From an uncultured Chroococcidiopsis sp. (GTDB taxonomy: Bacteria > Cyanobacteriota > Cyanobacteriia > Cyanobacteriales > Chroococcidiopsidaceae): a DNA stretch of 49,825 bases. The translations under genes were made by a program, and so were the position numbers. The stretch covers positions 1 through 49,825 of the forward strand of contig CAXTYC010000037.1 in the NCBI GenBank assembly GCA_964248365.1, read 5' to 3'. Below the pieces are notes generated by a model, which saw nothing but the letters and a program-made list of their open reading frames with translations, did no database searches and was not told where the DNA came from. Below are positions 22,959 through 32,577 of this stretch, in pieces; position 1 is the first letter of the stretch; each line of letters starts with the position of its first letter.

Positions 22959-23062
22959 TATTGGAGTCATCCTAAAACTAAGCCCAGCTAGATAAACAAC
23001 AAGCGTATACATAGGAATAAACAGCTCCGCCAAGAGGGCTGGGCTTAATTTACGGATAGGTC
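22959..23062 (-). mobile_element. MITE family C, short copy (net 104-bp insertion)
   Basis: TATTGGAGT repeated at 22959 and 23063; arms TAAGCCCAGC/GCTGGGCTTA; removal restores the RT frame. Confidence 0.85.
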
Positions 23063-23475
23063 TATTGGAGTAGCAACGCATTAGCAGCTTTTGCAGGCTG
23101 CGAACTTTTTTCCAGTTTGACTCACGGGTAGCTCTGAAGATTCTTTGTCTTAGATTTCTCACTACACGGTTGGAGTCGCGCCAGTTGACGCGGCTCCATT
23201 CGGTAGTTTCCTTGGTTACGTTTGCAGTTGCCTGCATCTAACTTTTCCTTTTGGTTTCGATTTCTTTACAAAAGAATTTCAGAAAGATCACCTGCTGCAC
23301 GTCAGCACCCTTTCAGGTTAGGCATCTACCTTATCCGTCAGGTTATGTTTTTTTTCCCTTTGCCTTTCGGCGTGACGGCATTCGCTTCTTGCAGCTTCCT
23401 TATCCCGCTAGGGAATTCGGGTTGCCTTGCGGCTTCCTTACTGAGTGCAAATGCATTCAGTCCCTATCGGGGTTA

Positions 23476-23579
23476 TATGGAATCCTAAAAATAATGAAAC
23501 AGCCTTATTTAAAAATCTCTCGTACACAGCAGGTATTCGCACTTGAAGGCTGTTTCATTATTTTGAGGAAACGTTATTA
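23476..23579. mobile_element. MITE family D in the inner intron RNA (net 104 bp)
   Basis: Perfect 19-bp IR AAAATAATGAAACAGCCTT/AAGGCTGTTTCATTATTTT with TTA repeated at both ends. Confidence 0.75.
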
Positions 23580-25397
23580 CTTCGTTCCGCATGGATTGAG
23601 ATCCGATCTGGGTTGGGTTCCTTTCTTTACTCCGGGGCGAGGTGTCCGCACATTCATGTAGTAAAGCATGGATGCCAGTTGCCCATCCTGCCGTATAAGT
23701 CACTTCCGACAGTTGGATGTCACGAAGCTTAAAAAAGGTTCACTGTACGTTAACCCGTCCACTTCTTCCCCTCGCCTCCCTTTCAAGATGTGACTACCTA
23801 CCGGGGTTCGGCTTTTCCTCTAGCTTTGAGACAACCGGATTACTCCTATTGCCCCTTTGGATGGGGACGGCTTTGTTGGACACTTAGCCGGAGAGTTGTT
23901 CCTATGAGGCTCTCACTCAAACCATGCGACATCGAGTCGCACCTACCATGTCATCCGCATAGCGGATTGTGGGTTCTACTAATTTCCCATCTCTGTATCT
24001 ATGGATACTTTCGATGCCATTTAATGCAATGTTAGCTAACAAGGGACTCACCACGCCCCCTTGAGGTGTACCCACATCGGGGTATTCACAGGTTGACTCC
24101 TGATTTGAGACAGCGGAAAATCCCTGTCTTGATGCCCCTTGGGACGATGAGTCGTTCCATTATGGATGTGTGGCTTATCCTATCGAAGCATTTTTCGATG
24201 TCCAGTTCGAGGACTCGTTTTCCTTTTCCGCCCCTATCGGAGCGTAGGTTTAATTGCAGGAGTTTTTGAGCGTCATGCGTTGAACGTCCTGGTCTAAACC
24301 CATAGCTACGTGCCTGAAAGGTTGCTTCGTGTGCTGGTTCCATTGCGAATTTTACGAGGCAAAGACACGCTCTATCCGCGATGGTTGGGACTTTTAGGAT
24401 TCGGGTTTTCCCGTCCTTTTTTGGGATTGGGATTTCCCTTAACTTCTGGTGTTGCCAGTTGTTATAGTGGTTCCTGAGCCAAAGACTCAGGTTTAGCCTC
24501 TCATAGAAGGTTAGGGAGGCTTTGCCATCTACTCCTGCTGTCCGTTTTCCAGCGTTTAGCTGCGTTACTTGACGTACTGCCAACATTCTCGCCGCATAGG
24601 ATTTCAGTATCAGCTTTTGAAGGGACGCGCGCTTTGCGCTTGTCACCTGCTCGAATAGCTTTCCACACTCGCACTTGTAGGCGGAATAGACTGCGCTGGA
24701 GTTTCTTCCAGTCTGTCTTTTTCCAAAGTTCACTAGCTTTTGGGCTGTATCTAACCATGCTCTGTTTGTGTTTGTGTGTTCGCAAGCGCCTTGCAGCAAT
24801 TACGCTGCATCCTACCCACATCGAGGATTTCCGCTGCTCGTCCAGCCGAAGAGGTTCGACCTTTCCCAAGACCTCTAATGTGTTTTTATTCGTTCGCTCG
24901 GTCAGATTGTTACGTTCTTTTAGGTGTAGCCAGTTCAACTATTGGGTTCCCTTGACTCTTGCCGCTTACAGTAAAATTTTGCGGCGGGAATGTTTCTCCT
25001 TTTTCTTGGGAGTTTTTCCCCAATGGGGTCGGGGGTTTTATGTTGCGCCCCGCTGCGAAGTAAGTTGCTTTTTTTTAGGCTCTTTTTCACCGTGAGAACT
25101 CCCCATTAGCATGAGAGATTTGGGGGAGAATAATTCTTCCCCAAACTCTCTCGCCAGTGTCACCCCGCCACGGATGTCTGATTGCGCCCTGTTCCCAGCT
25201 TCGCTCTGCCGATTTCCCTTGCGGTACTCCAAGTCGGTTCGGCGTGGGCAGGTAGGGATTTACGCCTGAGTCTGGCGAGTGGGGTTTTCACCCACATACA
25301 ACCAAGAGTTCAACCTTTAGTGACAGTAATCTGCTGTCGGGTTGGGTAGCTTATGCTTCGGACTGATTACCGAGATTCGGCTACCAACGAATCGCAA

Positions 25398-25940
25398 TTT
25401 ACTTCTTCGTCTGTCGGCTCATCCTGTTTTTCCCCTTCTTCCTCTACTTCGCCAACAGCAGCAGGCTCTGCTTGTGGTTGAGCATAAGAAAGACTTGAGT
25501 TAGAACCTATGTTATTGTCCCGATTTTGGACTGTCGATGTCCTAGCTTCAGACTCTCGATGTTCTGATTTATCGCATTCAACAGTCTGCAAATCGCATAA
25601 GTCAATATACTGGGATAGCTTCTGGGAAACGATACGGTACTTCCAGGCGCGATCTGTCGCCCAACGCTTTGCTCGTTGCCTCTCAATCACTCCCAACTCT
25701 AATAACCGTTGGAGGTGGCGAAAAATAGTATCTTTACAATATCCTAATTCGGCAGCTTTCGTCAGATAATACCAGCCAAATCCAATCTGACTGCGCTTCT
25801 TTACGTTTAGTTCGAGTCCAATTATCTAGCCAAGAAAGAATCGCTGCCTGACACTTGTTTCCAAAGGCAGCCAAATATTCTTGCAAAATATTGATTGGAT
25901 GCTGCACCCCGCCAAGAAATGCAGATGTGAAGTGTGACAT
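25398..25940 (-). pseudogene. 5' exon of the host gene: winged-HTH, replication-initiator-like protein with a frameshift near 25760
   Basis: QAAILSWLDNW...WIWL, then in a shifted frame AAELGYCKDTIFRHLQRLLELGVIER (HTH). Confidence 0.6.
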
Positions 25941-26416
25941 TTTTCTCGCCTCATGTGCGAATAATTGAAATAAAGCAGGTGCTTTCTGTCGCGCTACAAA
26001 GGTATCAAGCGGGTGACGTGCAAGGCTGAGCGATTGCTTGATTCTGAAACAGGTTGTGGGTAGCCCTCGAAAAGCTGGCTGCGTAGGAATTAGAGTTATT
26101 AGGTACTTTCATTTCCAAGCAGCTATTACCTGCCGCCTATCCGCTGCGTAAGCGTTGCTTAAACGTTGTTATCGCAATTCCTGAAATACCAGCGTTTTTA
26201 CAACAGGACGATAATTACCTAGCTTTGGGGTTGCTTTCAATTGAGTGCCAGCAATTGTTTCCCTCACTTTTTGTAGTTCTGCTGCCAGCAGCTTTTGGTA
26301 TTGCTCGTCGTCTGGTTGGCGATCGCCTGCACTCATCAGTCTTCCCCCTTCAATCTGCCTGTTGTTGCACCAGGGCTGAAGGCTGCTTGTGACAAGGAAT
26401 GTACAAATAGATTCGG

Positions 26417-27184
26417 CTATGTCTCCCCTTCTACAACCTCATCGAGTAGTGCTTTCAACACCAGATCATATGCTTCATCTTCTAATACTGGATATGAGCG
26501 CAAGTATGAAGCGGTAGACCACCGTTGCATTTTGTCGTAGTCGAAACCAACACATTTCAAAATTTTCTTGACGCGGTTGCGATCGCGCGTTGATTTGGGA
26601 TTTAGCCCAGCATCCGCAATCAGTTGGGTGAGACTTCGCCCTTTTGTACTATTGATTTCTCTTCCGGCAGAATCGAGGAAACGATCACGGTACACAAGCT
26701 CTTTTGGTGGGGGCGCTTCACCGCGCAGCCACCGCAACAATGCGGCACTGGTCGAAAGTTGAATAGCATACCCCGTATCCTGATAGTGCTGTTTGGCTCG
26801 GATTAGCTCAAGTTCCAGCTTCATTCGCTCTATTTCTGCGTTTTGGGCAGGAATGGCTTGTTTGATTACTTGTTTGGCTTGGGAAAAGGCTTGTACTAGG
26901 GCAACCTTGCAGTCCACCACTTGAGGAGTATTTCGGGAAAAGCTCATTAGCAGAGTAGATTGGTCTTCAGTTAGATAAGCCACGCGCTCAGGACGACCGC
27001 CTTTACTGCCTTTGAGGGGTTTCTCCGTTTCAAACCGCACAACCCCAAATGCTGCTTCTATGCGATGAAGGTAATTATCTAAGGTTTCAAGCAGACTTTT
27101 GTGTGTGATCCCTAAATCTTGAGCAATCAAGCGCGAATCAACAACTAGAACGTTATCACGTGAGGTAACTGTTAAATTAGACAT
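26417..27184 (-). CDS. Rha-family phage regulatory protein
   Basis: VVDSRLIA..LG..HKSLL, GGRP...AYLTEDQSTLLM and K.ALVQAF. Confidence 0.85.
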   Translation of the reverse strand: MSNLTVTSRDNVLVVDSRLIAQDLGITHKSLLETLDNYLHRIEAAFGVVRFETEKPLKGSKGGRPERVAYLTEDQSTLLMSFSRNTPQVVDCKVALVQAFSQAKQVIKQAIPAQNAEIERMKLELELIRAKQHYQDTGYAIQLSTSAALLRWLRGEAPPPKELVYRDRFLDSAGREINSTKGRSLTQLIADAGLNPKSTRDRNRVKKILKCVGFDYDKMQRWSTASYLRSYPVLEDEAYDLVLKALLDEVVEGET

Positions 27185-27278
27185 TACTGTGTACCTACTA
27201 ATACTTTGGGTTGCAGCACCTCTCTAGTAGTAAGCCTCGAAAACTGATACTAGGGAGGTTTGATTTCTTAACTTTCTT

Positions 27279-27509
27279 TCAATTGGTGTGATAAGCAGTA
27301 ATTACAATTTTTGTGTCAGGGCTATAAATCACCTCTAACCGACGATAAGTAGGATGTGTCCACCAGGTTTTGATCCGATTTCCTTGTGCTGGAGCAGTAC
27401 CAATCTTGGTATAACCTGTATCAAGCAATAGCTGCTCAAAAGTGAGTGTTGGCAATGTTTTAGCTGTAATTTTGCCAATTCCATCGAATTGATGTTTATC
27501 AAGGGTCAT
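27279..27509 (-). CDS. Small hypothetical protein
   Basis: 76 aa, overlaps the upstream gene, ends VITAYH. Confidence 0.65.
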   Translation of the reverse strand: MTLDKHQFDGIGKITAKTLPTLTFEQLLLDTGYTKIGTAPAQGNRIKTWWTHPTYRRLEVIYSPDTKIVITAYHTN

Positions 27510-27738
27510 AACTACCTTGATAGGTACTCCAAATGCGGAAGCCTGGTAATACTAAGGCAATACCAGCAGGACTATGGATAGTACCTGGATAGCCTTCTTC
27601 TGGGTCACTACCGCCAATTCTAATTTTGACCAAACCAAGCCAAATATATAACCCTGGAATCAAAGTATCCATGCTGTACGCGATCGCTCTCACGCCTGCT
27701 GGGGAATAATCAGCTTTATTCTTTGGATTTGCAGTCAT
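27499..27738 (-). CDS. Small hypothetical protein
   Basis: 79 aa with AAGGAA RBS. Confidence 0.65.
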   Translation of the reverse strand: MTANPKNKADYSPAGVRAIAYSMDTLIPGLYIWLGLVKIRIGGSDPEEGYPGTIHSPAGIALVLPGFRIWSTYQGSYDP

Positions 27739-27835
27739 AGTATTTCCTTTATTCCAACTTGTAATTAATGTCTAGTTTGTTCCTTAAACCGAAGCTGCTT
27801 GGAAGAAAATAGCTTGAGGATAAAAGAAAACGATT

Positions 27836-28240
27836 TTAAGCAGACTCTGGTACTTCAGGAACAATAATTAGTACACAAAAGGATTTAGGATTATCGATTG
27901 GTTTAGACCCAGCGTTTTTATTTGTATATTTTTCCTTGGCTAATCCTGTTGTAGTTAATACGTTTTCCTCATCACCTGGTTCGTAATCACGGGTATAGTC
28001 AATTAAAGTTATTGGCGTAATCTCCCCATCCAAATTTAGACCTAATTTATTTAAAGCGTTGCAAAGCTTATTTAATGAGTCCCCATCCAAACGCGGCATA
28101 GTATCGCTCTTTCGCAAGTTTGAAATAGCATTTGCACTTATTCCCATTTCCTTAGCCAGGTCAACAGCTTTGATATGGTATCTCGCCATGACCTCGCGTA
28201 ATCGCCATCTAATCAAAGTCTGATTCATAGAACTCAACAT
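27836..28240 (-). CDS. XRE/Cro-C1-type HTH repressor
   Basis: WRLREVMA...IKAVDLAKEMGISANAISNLR...L.KLCNAL. Confidence 0.85.
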   Translation of the reverse strand: MLSSMNQTLIRWRLREVMARYHIKAVDLAKEMGISANAISNLRKSDTMPRLDGDSLNKLCNALNKLGLNLDGEITPITLIDYTRDYEPGDEENVLTTTGLAKEKYTNKNAGSKPIDNPKSFCVLIIVPEVPESA

Positions 28241-28312
28241 CTCAAATTTACTTCTGTTTGAAATTTAAGACAAATATAAAGGTCTTGCATGTAATAATAA
28301 CACTGAAATTTT

Positions 28313-28361
28313 ATAAATCAAAGTCTAGACTATTGATAAATCCAAGTCTAACCTGTATATT
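28313..28361 (+). promoter_or_regulatory. Sigma70-type promoter overlapped by direct-repeat operator candidates
   Basis: TTGATA (28333)-17 nt-TATATT (28356); ATAAATC[A/C]AAGTCTA occurs twice in tandem; divergent from the repressor. Confidence 0.55.
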
Positions 28362-28834
28362 AGTAATATAGGCAAAGGGAAACAGAGACAGCCCCCACCA
28401 ACAAACGGAATAAAAAGTCTCAATCTGTAATAGCTACAGACGCAATATAAAAGTTAAACAACTCTTCTGGGGTTGTTTACCACAAGCCAAGACTTTGAAA
28501 ACTAAATAACCCCCCCTGCTTCCAGAAACTAACGTGGCAGCCCTATTTTAGGTGCGTTGAACGAGGAGCAATGACAGGGAATTTAAGATCCGAAACTCAC
28601 ACATCCCCAGCTAGTGCTTTGCTTTTCTTAACTGGGGTAACACTTCAATAATCCAAAAACTACAAAGCCTGAGCGTTCAACTTGTCCAGAGCGATCGCTA
28701 CAGGCTTTGTTTCCTATCAATAGGTAATTCAAATGGTAACGTAACAAAAAGTACAATCACAAGCTCAAGTTCCCCAAACCTGGAACAACCCCACAACACA
28801 CGCTCGTGTTGGCGACTATATCCGTGAACCGTTT

Positions 28835-29407
28835 ATGCCGATAATAGTGGTAGTAGACAAAGATTTACTACCAGATGGCAGGGTTTGGTTGCTAGTAAAA
28901 CCATTATCTGGTGGGGCAGAGGAAGAATGGATTATCGACCCAGAGCCAGCCGCAGAGTCATCAGCACCAACCACCCACCTGCAAGACACACCAGTAGAGC
29001 AGCCAGTTTTAGATTTCCCTAGCTGTAAATGGCAGCCAGCGTGGTTAGGGCAGCAAGAGTACGAAAGAGGGACATGGTGGGGTAAACATGATGCAAATAC
29101 TCGAAGGAAGCCGTTGTATACAAAAGCTAGTTGCCCACATTCAACAGGGTATCTAGATGCTTATAACCAATTCACGCAGATTAACCAAACGTCCAAACAG
29201 CAGCCAGAAACAAAAAAACCGACCCAGTGGCGAGTTGTCTATGCTCCTGATTGGGACTGGGACTGGTATATAACTTGGGTAGAAGGCGAGTACATCGGTA
29301 AGTATTGCTCTTGCGAAGAGGCTGAATCTGCTGCTCAAAAGTACATTGCGGCTGAGCAAGCACGGCTAGAACACAGAGAATTGATGTTAGCAGCTTACCC
29401 CTCTTAA
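28835..29407 (+). CDS. Hypothetical protein; stop codon supplied by the MITE
   Basis: 190-aa ORF running into the 173-bp MITE. Confidence 0.6.
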   Translation: MPIIVVVDKDLLPDGRVWLLVKPLSGGAEEEWIIDPEPAAESSAPTTHLQDTPVEQPVLDFPSCKWQPAWLGQQEYERGTWWGKHDANTRRKPLYTKASCPHSTGYLDAYNQFTQINQTSKQQPETKKPTQWRVVYAPDWDWDWYITWVEGEYIGKYCSCEEAESAAQKYIAAEQARLEHRELMLAAYPS

Positions 29408-29571
29408 ATCACTTTGGCGATAGTAAATTCTGGAACCTGCTTTAGATAAAGATTTTGATAAAGCTCCTACAAATGAAGGAAAGTGTTAGGAAATAAAGAA
29501 TAAAAGCTTTACACAGCAGGCGTTTTCAAGTTTTAGTAAGATTTTTAATTGCCTAGAGTGATATGAGAGGG
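29399..29571. mobile_element. 173-bp MITE with IS701-like ends, copy 2
   Basis: CCCTCT...AGAGGG ends and a 4-bp TTAC duplication; diverged reverse-complement homolog of 9008-9180. Confidence 0.82.
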
Positions 29572-29667
29572 TTACGGTGAAAAACGATAGGCAACCACAA
29601 CGCATTACACAAAAGGGACGCTGCTATCACTACAAAGCAGCGCCCTTATTTACTTGAGGGGTTTATC

Positions 29668-29988
29668 ATGAGCGCAATTGCAGAACTTAATGACCGATTT
29701 CGCAAGGGTGATATGAGCTTGGGGCAGTACAACATGACAACTGGAGTGAACGCACTAGAACCAGAGAAAAGGCAGCAACTGATTCAACTGGTGCGAGACT
29801 TTGACTCTTTCAACCCTGATAATGACCCATACGAGGAAAGGGACTTTGGCAAAGTTGCACTAGACGATGAAAACTATTTTTTCAAGATCGACTATTACGA
29901 CCCTACACTGAATCATCACTCACTCGACCCAGCTAGTGTATGTGCAACGCGGCGGGTTATGACGTTGATGTGTAGCGACGAGTATTAA
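29668..29988 (+). CDS. DUF3768-family protein
   Basis: IAELNDRFR, FNPDNDPYEERDFG, FKIDYYD and RVMTLM..EY. Confidence 0.85.
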   Translation: MSAIAELNDRFRKGDMSLGQYNMTTGVNALEPEKRQQLIQLVRDFDSFNPDNDPYEERDFGKVALDDENYFFKIDYYDPTLNHHSLDPASVCATRRVMTLMCSDEY

Positions 29989-30066
29989 ATCGTTTTTTTG
30001 TACCAACAGGACGTTTGCACGATGACAGGCAAGCGTCCTTTTTCAATTAAAGACTTTAACCAAATA

Positions 30067-30450
30067 ATGCCACTAATTACCATCACATTCAATTACCCTC
30101 ATGCGCCTCTACCCAAATTCAAGTTTGGAGATCGAGTTGCCCTTAGCGATGACTGTCCCCCTTGTGACTGGTTGACAGGGAAAGTCGTAGGTTTGACCTT
30201 AGACGAAAGTTATGATCCTACCTGGTACTACAGCGTCAAGCTTGATGCGCCTTCTGGACTAACAGAAGAGTATCTAGAGTGTGCTCTTGTACCAGAAAAA
30301 GAAATCCCAGTCCTACAAGCAGGGTGGAAATCCGTTGTTTCCCTAACCCAAAAGGACGAATTCAAACCAAGCCCGTTTGACAACTGTGATTACGATATAC
30401 ATACCGCCGATGCGGTATGGGCTAAAGAGACATTGGGTGAGAGCTACTGA
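30067..30450 (+). CDS. Hypothetical protein (SH3/KOW-like; DUF1392-like)
   Basis: PKFKFGDRV...GKVVGL...WYYSV. Confidence 0.5.
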   Translation: MPLITITFNYPHAPLPKFKFGDRVALSDDCPPCDWLTGKVVGLTLDESYDPTWYYSVKLDAPSGLTEEYLECALVPEKEIPVLQAGWKSVVSLTQKDEFKPSPFDNCDYDIHTADAVWAKETLGESY

Positions 30451-30526
30451 TTTAAATAAAGGGCTTTGGTGACACATCCTTAGCCTAACAAAGTTTTTGC
30501 AAGCAAATACCCAATGGAGGTTATTA

Positions 30527-31310
30527 ATGAGTATAAATGCAATTCCAGTTGCCAGAGGTTGCGCTCCTCGCAAGTCAGGTGGAGTTTATTTCGAGTGCGG
30601 GTTTTCCCCATCCGGTCAGCCAGTCGAGCATTTCCTATGCGATCCACCTGTATTAGTGGATGATTGGCATCTGTCACCTGTTGGGGTGCAGTTGATTGAA
30701 CGCAATGGAGTCACCCACATTGTTGACTGGGTAGGGTCGATGCACTACCCGAATGTAGCTGATTTTATTGAAGAAGTACGCCGATTTGGTTTGTCGCGGC
30801 GCTTATCAAGCAAGCTGGACTTTTCACGCATTACTCCCCAAACACGGATTTTATTGGTGCATCAACGTGCTTACGTTGACAATTTTGAAGAATATCAAAC
30901 TTGGTCTTGTCCCAAGCATCTACCAGGTCATGCTGTTGATGTGTTGCCTCACACCCGTTTTCGTAACGTGTGAAACCTTTTTGTCCTCTCGAATAGTCCA
31001 GTATACACACAGTTATGTTAATGAAGGTTTCACCCATTTGTCAGAAAAACGCTATCATGAACCCCCGCACGATCGCGGATGTGTGCAGGGGTCTGGTGGC
31101 GTGATGTTGAGGGGGGAATTGAACCCAAGACGAGGCGCTTTGATGGTGAGTATGACGAACGTGACGTAGAACGGGTAATGCCTTCCTTCTCGTATCTGGC
31201 TCGACGCAAACCAGATATCGTCAAACCCACGTACAAGAATGCAATTTTTGCCTCTTTCCCTTGTAGCCGCTGGCGTTGTGGTTAAGGGCAACCATGAGAA
31301 AAATTTAGAA
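30527..31310 (+). pseudogene. Hypothetical gene interrupted by MITE-B
   Basis: ORF pieces 30497-30973 and 31079-31285 flank the MITE. Confidence 0.6.
30952..31052 (-). mobile_element. MITE family B, copy 2
   Basis: Reverse complement of 37160-37260 with one substitution. Confidence 0.88.
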
Positions 31311-31351
31311 AAAGCAAAGGCTGCGCTCATTACAGTTGAGGAGGTTGAAAG

Positions 31352-32106
31352 ATGAGTAACACTCAACTAAAACTGCTACCGGATAAACCTGTTGCGCCGA
31401 AGTTTGCTTATGTTAGTCTATCAGAATTACCCCAAATTCTTCCAGGCAGCTACCCAGACAAAGCTTTTATTCAGTCAGTCGAGAAGTTTGGTGTTTTGCA
31501 GCCCATAGGACTAATTGAATCGGATCAAGGCTACCTGGTGGCATTTGGTAGACAGCGGATTCTAGCCACCAGAAAACTTGGTTTAATTTCGATTCCGGCA
31601 CAAATTTATCCGGCTCATTGGACACCTGGGGAAATCTTAACACTAGTAGAGAATCAGCTCTGCGCCTACAAGCCACACCATCCGAAATCTGTGCCGCTGT
31701 TGGAATTACTAAAGCCGAACTATACAAAGCCCTCAAGCTGATTAATGGTTTAATTCCAGAACTACGACTTGCACTTTCACAAGGCAGGATTTCATCTAGT
31801 TCTGCCCGTAATGCTATCAAGCTGGCACAAAAGCAGCAACAAAGATTGGCACAGCTATCACTGATTCGAGCAAAAGATGTTGACCAGCAGCTGAGGGTAA
31901 ATACATCAAGTAGAGTCAGTGATTTGCCAAAAACACTATTTGAGGAAGTGCCACAGGTTTGTTGGCGGACTAAAGCTCTTCAACTGATTGAGCAGCTGCT
32001 CATAACAGTGCCACACGACTATCATGCCCAGGTCGAGCAGTTAGCCCACGCCATTAAGGGAAAGCAAAATAAGGCTCATTCATTCAAGGTTGTCAAAGCA
32101 GTTTAG
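31352..32106 (+). pseudogene. ParB/Spo0J-like protein, frameshifted
   Basis: SVEKFGVLQPI...LVAFGRQR..A..LG...IPA...LVEN, then an HTH in another frame (PSEICAAVGITK). Confidence 0.75.
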
Positions 32107-32472
32107 TTTATGTTATGGAGTAATACTTTGAAATCAATTAGTAGCAAACAATCTGCATAACTGAATTCCCTTAAGTTTGACCTACAACAAAAGCAAGAAA
32201 ATGTCTCGTTGGCGATCGCCGACTTTAATGCCAAAGTACAAGAGTTGTTAAAGAACTTGTTGCAGATAGCATTGATGAGTACAACTTGACCGTTCTTGCA
32301 GCGCAATACGAGGTAGACCAAACGCTAGAGGAGATCCAAACCTACGCTCGACGAAAGTAGCGATAGTTGGCAAAAGAGCAATCGCGGCACATCGTTTAAT
32401 GAGTGGATTGATCAATGGGATATCAGCTTAGAAGAGATCGATATAGATTCTCCAGATAAAGCCGATGTACCT

Positions 32473-32577
32473 ACATTTTCCGTCCTAAAAAACAAGACAG
32501 CCTTCAAAATCGATCCCCCATCCTGGCAACGAGTAACCCTAAAACAAGGCTGTCTTGTTTTTTAGAGGTACACCGGA
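32473..32577. mobile_element. MITE related to family D
   Basis: Perfect 20-bp IR CTAAAAAACAAGACAGCCTT/AAGGCTGTCTTGTTTTTTAG; TACCT repeated at 32468 and 32578. Confidence 0.75.

Larger units (their letters stand above)
21369..23237 (-). pseudogene. ltrA: Inner intron-encoded RT/maturase/HNH protein, disrupted by two MITEs; YADD changed to YAHD
   Basis: Three ORF pieces rejoin in frame after removing MITE-C (RCYSN-ILIAVRR) and MITE-A (NFPA-RKLIHQW). Motifs SYGFRPGRS, TPQGG and HNH present. Confidence 0.9.
21279..23942 (-). mobile_element. Group II intron, inner intron of a twintron
   Basis: 5' end GTGCG at 23942. Domain V AAGCCGGATACTTGGAAACTTGTAAGTCCGGTTT; domain VI ending CCCGAC at 21279. 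Candidate EBS1 UUACUA (23659-23664) pairs with IBS1 UGGUAG. Confidence 0.92.
20554..24758 (-). pseudogene. ltrA: Outer intron-encoded RT/maturase/HNH protein, split by the inner intron and two frameshifts
   Basis: Segments 24758-23943 and 21278-20554 join as [22 protein letters not shown] motif and C-terminal HNH present. Frameshifts near 24625 and 24088. Confidence 0.88.
20467..25397 (-). mobile_element. Group II intron, outer intron of a twintron
   Basis: 5' end TTGCGATTCGTT at 25397. Domain V GAGCCGGATGCGGGGAAATCTCGCACGTCCGGATC; domain VI ending CCCTAAC at 20467. Candidate EBS1 (24970-24975) is complementary to exon end AGTAAA. Confidence 0.9.

Noticed and set aside
20554..24758. Two RT genes as a retron, DGR or defence RT system
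   Set aside because: Both have maturase and HNH domains and flanking domain V/VI RNA; no template/variable repeat pair was seen.
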